A DNA stretch of 64,000 bases. Origin: Anaerolineales bacterium (GTDB lineage Bacteria; Chloroflexota; Anaerolineae; Anaerolineales; Villigracilaceae). Under the pieces are notes generated by a model. The model was not told the DNA's origin. It worked only from the letters and a program-made list of their open reading frames with translations, and searched no databases. Both the position numbers and the translations under genes were made by a program. The stretch covers positions 18,085-82,084 of the forward strand of contig JBAUMB010000055.1 of NCBI GenBank assembly GCA_049578465.1, read 5' to 3'. Shown here in pieces: positions 26,255-34,745 of this stretch (positions are counted from its first letter, which is position 1; the number at the start of each line of letters is the position of its first letter).

Positions 26255-28630
26255 TTGATTCTTAAAAAGGTCAAAATGATTCACAGCTCAAAACATACCT
26301 TTCGCTGGCTTTTATTGACAGGCTGGATAATTGCGGCTGGATCGGCCTCGATTGAAATTGTTAAGATTCCCCGCGCTCAAGTCGATTGGACGAGGGTTTT
26401 ATCTGCGACCGGCTTATTAACGCTTACGGCTTACGTTCTACTTTTAATTTTGGGCCTGGTTGCTTTTGTTTTTTATTTCCTCGGTTCGACAACTTTGAAT
26501 AGCTTAACGCAACAAGTTTCGCGTCCGCGTTGGATGCGCTGGCTGGCTGTCGCCGTATTAATTCTATCCGTTATCTGGTTTTATCTTTATTCGCCGCTGC
26601 AGGATGTGTTGAATGGTCCATGGTTACAGCTGATTTTTTCTTTCGGCTTGACGGCATGGATTGTTATGCTCATCTCGCCTCGCCGTCAGCTTTTCGGCGG
26701 CTGGGAGGAATTTATTTTTGCGGTCAGCTTGTTTCTCTTCCCGCGTATCGTTCAAGAATTGCGCGTTCTTTTTACACAAGCGTGGGTATATCGCCTCGCT
26801 GTATTGTTTGGTTATTTGATTATCATCGCTTTGGCCACGATTCTTTTTTCATCATATAACCAAAAGTTAATTAAAGGGCTGATGACATTTCGCGACCGGA
26901 TCGGCTGGACTCGTTGGGTCGTCATTGCCTTGGCTTTTTGTGGTCCCGCGCTCTTTTATATTTTTGCAGGCTCCAAGATTTATACTAGCAATCCAAATAT
27001 ACGTTTTCTTTTCCTGCTGATTGAACTGTTTTTAGTCTCCGTATTGCTCAATAAAAAAAGCGAACATTTGGTTTCTGCAAAAACAGTATTGATCAGTGTT
27101 TTTGCGCTCGCTCTAGTTTCTGTTTTGCTTACAATGTTATTGTCGGTAACCAATTATCCATTTTCTATGACTTGGTCGGAAGGCGACCGCTTCTACGAAG
27201 ACTCGCTGTTCTTCGGCCAGCATCTTTACAATTATTCAGGCTTCATTGTCAATCCTTATGCTTCGCCGGGCGCGTATCTGCCAACGTCAGTGTTCTTTCT
27301 CGTTCCGGGTTTATCGATCGGCTTATTCCGCCTGTGGAATGTATTGCTGTCGATCATTCCGCCAATCCTGATCGTATTGATTCTGGCGCCCAAGATTCGG
27401 AATCTTTATATTCGGATTGGCTTTGCCCTTTGGATGATGTTATTTTTTATTTTAGAAGCGCCTCTTCATCCGCCGTTTATGATTGCCGCCATTCTTGTAT
27501 TTGCGTTTATGTTTTCAGAATCCATTGTGGTTCGCGCAGTTTCGCTGGCCGTTGCTAGTTTCTATGTGGGACTCAGCCGCTGGACTTGGCTTCCAGTTAT
27601 AGCCGGCTGGGGAATTTTGATTGATCTGATTTTATATTATCCGCATCGCCGCGGACCTTTTATTCGCCGCGTAGCCCCGACTCTTTTTCTGGCGCTGGTT
27701 GGGCTTTTGCCCGGCCTCACCACAGTTTTTATAGCCCACCCCAATTTTGGAGGCGGAGCCAATTTGATCAATAATCAACCGTTGTTGTGGTATCGCCTGC
27801 TTCCCAACCCAACCCTTCCCCTAGGAATTCTCTTAACAGCCATTCTTTACAGCGGTCCCTTAGTCGCGGTTTTGATTTGGTGGATTGTCTCTCGACGTTG
27901 GCAATTGGACTGGTTGCAATTGCTGGCAATAGGAGCGGGCTTGGCGATCTTTTTCATCGGCGGTTTGGTGGTCAGCTCCAAGATCGGCGGCGGCGGCGAT
28001 CTTCATAATCTAGATATGTACCTGATGACGCTGGTGCTGATCTTTATGCTGGGTCTTTATAATTTTTTATCTTCCGATAATATCTCAGTGACTGGCTGGC
28101 CCGTTTGGATTCAAATCGCGTTATGTTTGGCCATTCTTCTTCCAATTTATTCGATAACCCCGCTTCCGCGCGATTCGGCTTATGATCCCAGTTTGGGTTT
28201 GCCCAGTCAGCAAGTCGCTCAACAAGAATTAACGGATATTAATAGCCATATCTCACACTCCAGCCAGCAGGGCTTGGTCTTGATGATGGATCAGCGTCAA
28301 CTGCTGACGTTTAACTATGTGAGTCGGATTCCGTTCGTACCGGATTACGAAAAAAAATATGTAATGGATCAGGCGATGGGCGGCAACGCGGCGTATTTCC
28401 AAAATTATTATCAAGACCTTGCCAAGAAACGTTTTAGTTTGATCGTCACGGAAGTGCTTCGATTGCGGCGTACCACCGGCGCCTTTTCGGATGAGAACAA
28501 CGATTGGGTCGATTGGGTCTCCAAGCCCACACTTTGTTTCTATCAGCCATTGGCAACCTACGATGATATCAATGTGCAATTGCTAATTCCGCGCCAGAAT
28601 ATATCCGATTGCCAGAAATATCTCAAATGA
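26255..28630 (+). CDS. large polytopic membrane protein with a C-terminal soluble domain, GT-C-like; paralogue A2 of 15731..17698
   Basis: YPFSMTWSEGDRFYEDSLF, LLWYRLLPNPTLPLGILLT, SKIGGGGDLHNLDMY, FSDENNDW...CFYQP. The track start is TTG 26255; ATG 26276 is an alternative. Confidence 0.55.
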   Translation: MILKKVKMIHSSKHTFRWLLLTGWIIAAGSASIEIVKIPRAQVDWTRVLSATGLLTLTAYVLLLILGLVAFVFYFLGSTTLNSLTQQVSRPRWMRWLAVAVLILSVIWFYLYSPLQDVLNGPWLQLIFSFGLTAWIVMLISPRRQLFGGWEEFIFAVSLFLFPRIVQELRVLFTQAWVYRLAVLFGYLIIIALATILFSSYNQKLIKGLMTFRDRIGWTRWVVIALAFCGPALFYIFAGSKIYTSNPNIRFLFLLIELFLVSVLLNKKSEHLVSAKTVLISVFALALVSVLLTMLLSVTNYPFSMTWSEGDRFYEDSLFFGQHLYNYSGFIVNPYASPGAYLPTSVFFLVPGLSIGLFRLWNVLLSIIPPILIVLILAPKIRNLYIRIGFALWMMLFFILEAPLHPPFMIAAILVFAFMFSESIVVRAVSLAVASFYVGLSRWTWLPVIAGWGILIDLILYYPHRRGPFIRRVAPTLFLALVGLLPGLTTVFIAHPNFGGGANLINNQPLLWYRLLPNPTLPLGILLTAILYSGPLVAVLIWWIVSRRWQLDWLQLLAIGAGLAIFFIGGLVVSSKIGGGGDLHNLDMYLMTLVLIFMLGLYNFLSSDNISVTGWPVWIQIALCLAILLPIYSITPLPRDSAYDPSLGLPSQQVAQQELTDINSHISHSSQQGLVLMMDQRQLLTFNYVSRIPFVPDYEKKYVMDQAMGGNAAYFQNYYQDLAKKRFSLIVTEVLRLRRTTGAFSDENNDWVDWVSKPTLCFYQPLATYDDINVQLLIPRQNISDCQKYLK

Positions 28631-28667
28631 ACGGATTTGATCCATTGATGGTTGAGTTATATTTGTA

Positions 28668-30671
28668 ATGAAAACGCTGATGGATTTTGCTCCGTTGATA
28701 TTATGGGCTTTGCTCTGGATTAGCGGCGGATATCTGCTGACCGCCAGCTTGTTCCGCTTGCGACGCAGTGAAGCCGCGCTGATTGGATTGGGCATTGGGC
28801 TTGTCACCGAAACGTGGCTTGCCAATCTTTTGGCGCAAATGATTCCCGTTGTGATTGCATTCTGGCTTGCCGCAGTGTTGACTTTGATAGGCGGCTTGGT
28901 TGCGGTTTTCGTTTTGAAAAGAAAAAACATTAAGATCAATTTTTCTTTTTCGTTCAACCACTGGTTGATTCTTTTTTTGCTTACGATTCTTTTTATCTCC
29001 ATCGGGCGCGGACTGGCGCTCTTTGACGATTATCAAAACCTTCCGACCATCTCTCTGATGGCAACCGGCGACATCCCGCCGCATTTCGCGCTCGATCCGC
29101 ATTTCAGCTTTAACTATCATTACTTCCTTTTGTTATTCGCCACTCAATTCATGCGCCTCGGTTCGATGTTCCCATGGACCGCGCTCGATGTCTCACGCGG
29201 CTTGATCATTGCGTTGCCGCTGATGCTGGCGTGGCTGTGGGCGTATCGCATGACTCGCAATCGCATCGCCTCCGTTTTGACAAGCGTAATGCTGATGTTC
29301 GCAGGCGGAGCGCGCTGGCTGTTGTTATTATTGCCTCAGCCTATTTTGCAATTGATCTCGAATCAAATTACGCTAATCGGTTCTGCGGCTGAGACCGCAC
29401 CCGATCTGGTCCGCGCCATGCTTGCAAATTGGAAGATCGACGGCGATGGTCCTATCCCGTTTCCGTTTGCATTTCACAGCGGCATCTTTCAATCGTATGT
29501 GATGAACGGCTTTACCGGAATCTCCGGCATGGCTTTTATCATCGTTTTACTTTTGCTCCTCACTGCACAGCGTTGGCGCAATCCGTTTGCAGGCGTGATC
29601 ACATTCATTCTATTTTCTGCGTTGGCGTTGACAAATGAAGTGCTGTTCGGATTGATCGGGCTTGGTTTTATATTCGCGGTGATCGTTTGGATCATCACAC
29701 ATCGTTCGTTCAAATTACCCTCAAGTTTGATTCGTTGGGTTGCTGTTCTCGTGCCGGTTGGTTTAACGGCGCTGATTCAAGGTGGAGTGTTCACCGGGAT
29801 CGTGCGCGCCCGCTTCACGTCCGGACCCGGAAGCGGCGGTTCCTATTTCGACGCGACTCCTAATCTCGTCTGGCCTCCTTCAATCATCTCGGCTCATTTC
29901 GGCGCTTTATCTTTATTTAATCCCGCGCAATTGATCGTTGCATTGACAGAAATCGGGCCGATCATTCTTGCATTGCCATTGGTCATCATTTGGGGACGGA
30001 AAACGCTGCGCACACAGAACTGGTATGAAGCCGCATTGATCGGCACATTTGCATGGAGTGTGCCGTCGCTGTTTGTGGCGTTCAAAGGCCCGCTTTATAC
30101 AGCCACGCCGCGTTTGTTGGATGGACTCTTATTTGCCTGCACGCTTTATGCGGTTCCATTGTTTTGGATTTGGGCGCGCAAAAGAAGTGATGCTTTGCGA
30201 AGCGTTGTTGTTTTGGGCGGATTGGTAACAATCTTCGCGGGCTTGATGTTATTCGGCATTCAATTGATCTCGATTCAAAAGCCGGTGACCACCACATTCA
30301 TCAGCGATTTGGATGCGAAAGTGGCGGCTAAATATTGGAATAAATTAAAGCCTGGAAGCTTGGTGCTTGATCCATCAACTTATCAAGGTCCGACCATCTT
30401 TGGCCGTGCAACCGATTCTTCTGTCACATGGTATGCGCCCAAGCCGGAATGGCAGGCGTTGATTGCCAGCCCCGATCCGCATCAAATTTATGCGGAAGGC
30501 TATGACTACTTTTATTTTGGGATTGATTATTGGAATCAATTGACGCCGCAACAGCAAGCCGCGCTACAGCAACCATGCGTCAAGAAATTATATGAAGTGG
30601 ATGGCATTCACAGCCTAACGGATTATCGCAAAGATTTCCGCCGCCTGCTGGATGTTTCGGCGTGTAAATAA
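28668..30671 (+). CDS. large polytopic membrane protein, GT-C-like; paralogue B1 of 32173..34191
   Basis: 667 aa. ALFDDYQNLPTISLMATGDIPPHFALDP...YHYF...FPWTALDVSRG and C-terminal LLDVSACK match the 672-aa protein (GVGDDYAHFPLVSIIAAGDIPPHYSLNP...YHYA...FPWSAWDISRA...LIDITNCK). Confidence 0.55.
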   Translation: MKTLMDFAPLILWALLWISGGYLLTASLFRLRRSEAALIGLGIGLVTETWLANLLAQMIPVVIAFWLAAVLTLIGGLVAVFVLKRKNIKINFSFSFNHWLILFLLTILFISIGRGLALFDDYQNLPTISLMATGDIPPHFALDPHFSFNYHYFLLLFATQFMRLGSMFPWTALDVSRGLIIALPLMLAWLWAYRMTRNRIASVLTSVMLMFAGGARWLLLLLPQPILQLISNQITLIGSAAETAPDLVRAMLANWKIDGDGPIPFPFAFHSGIFQSYVMNGFTGISGMAFIIVLLLLLTAQRWRNPFAGVITFILFSALALTNEVLFGLIGLGFIFAVIVWIITHRSFKLPSSLIRWVAVLVPVGLTALIQGGVFTGIVRARFTSGPGSGGSYFDATPNLVWPPSIISAHFGALSLFNPAQLIVALTEIGPIILALPLVIIWGRKTLRTQNWYEAALIGTFAWSVPSLFVAFKGPLYTATPRLLDGLLFACTLYAVPLFWIWARKRSDALRSVVVLGGLVTIFAGLMLFGIQLISIQKPVTTTFISDLDAKVAAKYWNKLKPGSLVLDPSTYQGPTIFGRATDSSVTWYAPKPEWQALIASPDPHQIYAEGYDYFYFGIDYWNQLTPQQQAALQQPCVKKLYEVDGIHSLTDYRKDFRRLLDVSACK

Positions 30672-30672
30672 C

Positions 30673-32100
30673 TTAAACAAATTTTATCCTGCGTGCCGCG
30701 AACCAAACCATCCGAAGCAAAAGCCAGCCGTGCTTCCAGCGTGAGATGTTGGTTGAACCATATGTCCGCTCGCGATAACGGATGGGCAGGTCAATAATTT
30801 TAAGATTCAACTTTGCGGCGCCGAAGAGCAAATCGAAATCACCGAAAGGATCGAAATCACCGAAATAAGAACGGTGCGCGGCAATCTGTTCGTAATCTTT
30901 GCGCCATAAAACTTTGGTTCCGCATAATGTATCTTTGAGGTGTTGTCCCAACAGCCATGAGAAGGCTGAACTAAAAAATTTATTTCCGATAAAATTCAAA
31001 CCGCGCATCGCTTCTTTTTCCATCGGATAAACCAAGCGCACGCCGTTGATAAATTCTCCGCGGCCCGAACGAAGGGCTTCGTAAAAGCGCGGCAGATCTT
31101 CCGGCGGGACGGTTAGATCGGCATCGAGAACCATCAGAATATCACCGGAAGCTTTTGCGAAACCGAGACGAACCGCATCCGCTTTGCCGATGCCGGTTTG
31201 GCGCAGAAGCAGACTCGAGGTCGAGGGATGAGCCGCCATTTCTTTTTCAATTGCATGATAGGTATCGTCGCGTGAATGTCCTTCGACAAAGATCAATTCG
31301 GTCGCGCGTCCCATCTTCGGAGTCCGTTCAAAGATGGCTTTGATGTTGCCCGACTCGTTTCGCGCCGGAATGATAATTGAAACACTGGGTTCGTCGTTGT
31401 TTGTTTCTGCTCGCGGCTTGGCAATGACGAAATTAGAAAGCGCAAAATCTCGAAACGGCCACAGCCGGACAAGGAATTTATTGGCAAAGCCTCCGAGCGG
31501 AAAGGGCCATAAAATTTCCTGCGATTGTCGAATGACATCAAAGCCTGCCAAGCTGAGCATGTTTGAAACATCCGCGCGTGTAAGCCAATTTTGATCAAGC
31601 ATCGGCACCGCCAGATTTAATCGTTGCGCAACGGTCAGGGGAAATTGCCAAAGACCGCTGTAAAAATTTAGAATCAGGCGAGTGTGAGGCTCACATAATG
31701 ATCGAACTTGTTCAAAGACTTGTTGAACATCCCATAGGTCATTGACCAAATCAGAAAGAATGATTGCATCAAAGGGTTCGCGCAGAGCGGACAGATCATG
31801 AGCATCGGCATTCATGAATTCGAGTCCCGCGTGATGCGCATGAGCGCGCTGAATCATCTCCGTGGAAAAGTCTACGCCCACGCCGCGTGCGGGTTGAAGC
31901 GCTGCAAGCAAATCTCCCGTTCCGCATCCGATCTCCAATACACGTTGACGCGGATTGATCAGGAAACGATAGATTTCTTGAACGCGGCGATGATAGAATT
32001 TTCCCCAACCATCCCACGAATCGCGCTTGCGTGCGATGTGGTCCCAGTGAGCGATGTGACTCTTTTGGTACTGCACAGCAGTTTCATCGTTTGAGTTCAT
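30673..32100 (-). CDS. bifunctional class I SAM methyltransferase / GT2 (DPM1/GtrB-like) glycosyltransferase
   Basis: N-terminal VLEIGCGTGDLL motif I and FDAIILSDLV. C-terminal VSIIIPARNESGNI, VEGHSRDDT, MVLDADLTVPPEDL. Confidence 0.8.
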   Translation of the reverse strand: MNSNDETAVQYQKSHIAHWDHIARKRDSWDGWGKFYHRRVQEIYRFLINPRQRVLEIGCGTGDLLAALQPARGVGVDFSTEMIQRAHAHHAGLEFMNADAHDLSALREPFDAIILSDLVNDLWDVQQVFEQVRSLCEPHTRLILNFYSGLWQFPLTVAQRLNLAVPMLDQNWLTRADVSNMLSLAGFDVIRQSQEILWPFPLGGFANKFLVRLWPFRDFALSNFVIAKPRAETNNDEPSVSIIIPARNESGNIKAIFERTPKMGRATELIFVEGHSRDDTYHAIEKEMAAHPSTSSLLLRQTGIGKADAVRLGFAKASGDILMVLDADLTVPPEDLPRFYEALRSGRGEFINGVRLVYPMEKEAMRGLNFIGNKFFSSAFSWLLGQHLKDTLCGTKVLWRKDYEQIAAHRSYFGDFDPFGDFDLLFGAAKLNLKIIDLPIRYRERTYGSTNISRWKHGWLLLRMVWFAARRIKFV

Positions 32101-32118
32101 TATATAATGCGAATCATC

Positions 32119-32135
32119 AATTCTGATTTAGAATA
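32119..32135. promoter_or_regulatory. weaker operator-like site AATTCTGATTTAGAATA in the divergent promoter region
   Basis: Fits AATTC-N7-GAAT(T) with one outer mismatch. It lies between the divergent starts at 32100 (-) and 32173 (+), next to a minus-strand TATAAT (32151-32146) and an 8-bp inverted repeat AGAATATA-N10-TATATTCT (32130-32155). Confidence 0.3.
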
Positions 32136-32172
32136 TAGCTCTGCTATTATATTCTGTTCTTTGTGAGGCACC

Positions 32173-34191
32173 ATGTATTGGCTTAGAACTACAAGCACAA
32201 TAGAGCCCTTGCTTTTCATGATCTCTTCGCTTTTATGGGCAGCAGGAGGATGGCTCTTAGTTGTCCATAGCGGACGATTTCTTAAGCGCGAACGTTTGAT
32301 CATGGGCATTGCTTCGGGGATGTTATTATATATTCTTATTGGAAATGCATTGGGTCATTGGTTTCCCGCATATCCGGCTTTTGCGTCTGCGGCCATCATG
32401 GTGTTTGTAATCGGCTTATGGGCTTCCAGAAAATCGAAAATCCGCTGGTCTGATTTGATCAGTTTGGAAGTTGGCTTTCAACTGCTGGCGTTAATCCTCA
32501 TTTTTATTCTTTTCGAATTAATCATGAGGGGTTTGGGCGTTGGTGATGATTACGCACACTTCCCATTGGTCTCTATTATAGCGGCGGGGGATATTCCGCC
32601 TCATTATTCGCTCAACCCCGATATATTTTTGCCCTACCATTATGCGCTGGATTTATTTGCCGCGAGCATGGTTCGGATCGGAGGATTTTTTCCGTGGAGC
32701 GCTTGGGATATCAGCCGCGCATTTGCAGTTTCATTGACTCTTGTTTGTAGTTGGTTGTGGATAAGACGCATCACGCGCAGTAAGTTTGGAGCATTTTTGG
32801 GTTCTCTCTTCATCGCATTCGGAATGGGCACGCGCTGGATATTGGCGTTATTGCCATCATCGTGGATGAATAATATCGCTTCCAATATTCATCTCATTGG
32901 CTCATCTCTTGATACTGCTAATACTTTGGCGGCGGCCCTTTCCCGCTCGTGGGTGATTGACGGCGGTCCTCCCGTGCCTATTCCTTATGCGTTTGCGAAT
33001 GGAATTTTGAATCCGTTAACTTTTGATTGGGGCGGCGCGTCATCCCTGCCGTTTCTTGCGATTATTCTAATTCTCATGATTTGCGGCCGACTCAAATTGA
33101 AGTGGAGCGGTCTCTTGCTTTTGGGAGCCGCGATTCTATCTTTGGCTTTAAGCGCTGAGCATATCTTTATTTTGCTTGATCTCGGAATCGCCTTCGCGAT
33201 TCTTGTCATGATTATCCGCCGCCGATTGTCTCTTCCGCAGATCATATCCTCCTTTTGGGGACAACTTATCCTCGTGCTCATCGTTACTGGGGGACTTAGC
33301 CTCGTCCAGGGAGGAGTGATTACAGAGCTTGCCCGAACTTATTTTGAAGGGACTCGAGGCGTAGGAGCCGCCTCTTCGGGAAATTTTTCTCTGCGCTGGC
33401 CCCCTTCTTTTTTCGACAGCCATATGGGAAGTTTATCCTTAACGGATTGGAGACAGCTTATTGTGATCTTAGCCGAATGTGGGCCCATTCTGCTTTTATT
33501 TCCGATCATAATATCGCGTTTACGAAACGATATCAAACATAATCGAATAACGGAGTTCGGTTTTGGTATCGCATCATTCTTTGGAGTGGTTATTCCTTTA
33601 TTTGTTAGTTACGCGGCAGCCAGAGATATTACCCGTATCACGGCGTTGGGGTTGCTCCTATGGCATTTGCTTGCTATTCAACCCATCTGGAGATTCGTTC
33701 AGCGAGCCTCGCGTGGATACAGAATTTTCACAGCATTGGGTTATGCTATTACTATCTTTGGCGGTATTGCACTGTTCGCTTATCAATGCACTGCCATCTT
33801 CGCACCGCAAGTGTCATCGTTCGTTTCAAGCATGGACAGCCGCATGAGCCAGATTTACTGGGATCGCCTTGACTCGCGTCTCATGGTTTTTGACTCTACA
33901 GGTTATCGCGGTCAAACTTTATTTGGACTTCTCTCGATAGATACGATAGATGGCTTTACTAAAAGCCAGTATTTGCCCTACCAAAAGAATCCAAATCCTT
34001 ATGACCTTCGCAAGGCGGGATTCGGTTATATTTATCTGGATAAACGTTATTGGGATCATCTTTCCGTAACCGATCAGCAGGCGTTATATCCTTCTTGCGC
34101 CCGCGTGATGAATCGAATGGAAAAAATGAACGATGCCACCGGTGAACTTTCTGATTTTCGCGTCTTAATTGATATTACTAATTGCAAATAA
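32173..34191 (+). CDS. large polytopic membrane protein, GT-C-like; paralogue B2 of 28668..30671
   Basis: See 28668..30671; collinear shared motifs over the whole length. Confidence 0.55.
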   Translation: MYWLRTTSTIEPLLFMISSLLWAAGGWLLVVHSGRFLKRERLIMGIASGMLLYILIGNALGHWFPAYPAFASAAIMVFVIGLWASRKSKIRWSDLISLEVGFQLLALILIFILFELIMRGLGVGDDYAHFPLVSIIAAGDIPPHYSLNPDIFLPYHYALDLFAASMVRIGGFFPWSAWDISRAFAVSLTLVCSWLWIRRITRSKFGAFLGSLFIAFGMGTRWILALLPSSWMNNIASNIHLIGSSLDTANTLAAALSRSWVIDGGPPVPIPYAFANGILNPLTFDWGGASSLPFLAIILILMICGRLKLKWSGLLLLGAAILSLALSAEHIFILLDLGIAFAILVMIIRRRLSLPQIISSFWGQLILVLIVTGGLSLVQGGVITELARTYFEGTRGVGAASSGNFSLRWPPSFFDSHMGSLSLTDWRQLIVILAECGPILLLFPIIISRLRNDIKHNRITEFGFGIASFFGVVIPLFVSYAAARDITRITALGLLLWHLLAIQPIWRFVQRASRGYRIFTALGYAITIFGGIALFAYQCTAIFAPQVSSFVSSMDSRMSQIYWDRLDSRLMVFDSTGYRGQTLFGLLSIDTIDGFTKSQYLPYQKNPNPYDLRKAGFGYIYLDKRYWDHLSVTDQQALYPSCARVMNRMEKMNDATGELSDFRVLIDITNCK

Positions 34192-34224
34192 GTTAAGTCC
34201 CCGGGTTTTCAGTTTCCCATATCG

Positions 34225-34233
34225 TGTTATAAT
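34225..34233 (+). promoter_or_regulatory. extended -10 promoter element TGTTATAAT upstream of the winged-helix regulator gene
   Basis: TGn + TATAAT at 34225-34233; no good -35 box. Confidence 0.5.
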
Positions 34234-34247
34234 TCAGATGCTGAATT
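34231..34247. promoter_or_regulatory. 17-bp palindrome AATTCAGATGCTGAATT overlapping the -10 box (candidate operator, same motif as at gmd)
   Basis: 7+3+7 inverted repeat. Half-sites AATTCA/TGAATT are identical to 10317-10333, with the same position relative to TATAAT and the same 3' flank TTTGA. Confidence 0.55.
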
Positions 34248-34745
34248 TTGAATTACGAAGTGCTGCGCATGGAATCTTCTAACGATACGATTAGCGAACT
34301 GTCTTTACTGGAACAAGTGGAACTTGATCCCGACGTGAATCAATCTGCACTGGCGACGCAATTGGGCGTGGCAGTTGGAACCGTTAACTGGCACCTTAAA
34401 AGATTGATCGCTAAGGGCTATGTCAAAGTTCAGCGCGCGGAGCGCAAGAAACTTCGCTACATCATCACACCGGAAGGCATTGCTCTGCGCGCCCGACTTA
34501 CCGTGGATTACATCGAGCGTTCCTTCGACGTCTATCGTAAAACTCGCTCGCGGGTCAAAAAACATTTGAATGCGATTCATTCAGCGGGCTTTAAGAAAGT
34601 TCGGATTGTTGGTGATGGCGATATCGCGGATATTTGCCGCCTTTCGTGCATCGAGCAAGGCATTGTAGTTGTACAGGATAAGAATGTTCCTGCCCTTGAA
34701 ATCAAAGGATATAAAGTTTTCTTGAATATAGGAGAAGCCAAATGA
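34248..34745 (+). CDS. winged-helix (MarR/ArsR-like) transcriptional regulator with a small Rossmann-like C-terminal domain
   Basis: HTH region NQSALATQLGVAVGTVNWHLKRLIAKGYVKV; C-terminal KKVRIVGDGDIADI. The promoter layout (-10 at 34228) argues that ATG 34269 (MESSND...) is the true start, not TTG 34248. Confidence 0.7.
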   Translation: MNYEVLRMESSNDTISELSLLEQVELDPDVNQSALATQLGVAVGTVNWHLKRLIAKGYVKVQRAERKKLRYIITPEGIALRARLTVDYIERSFDVYRKTRSRVKKHLNAIHSAGFKKVRIVGDGDIADICRLSCIEQGIVVVQDKNVPALEIKGYKVFLNIGEAK

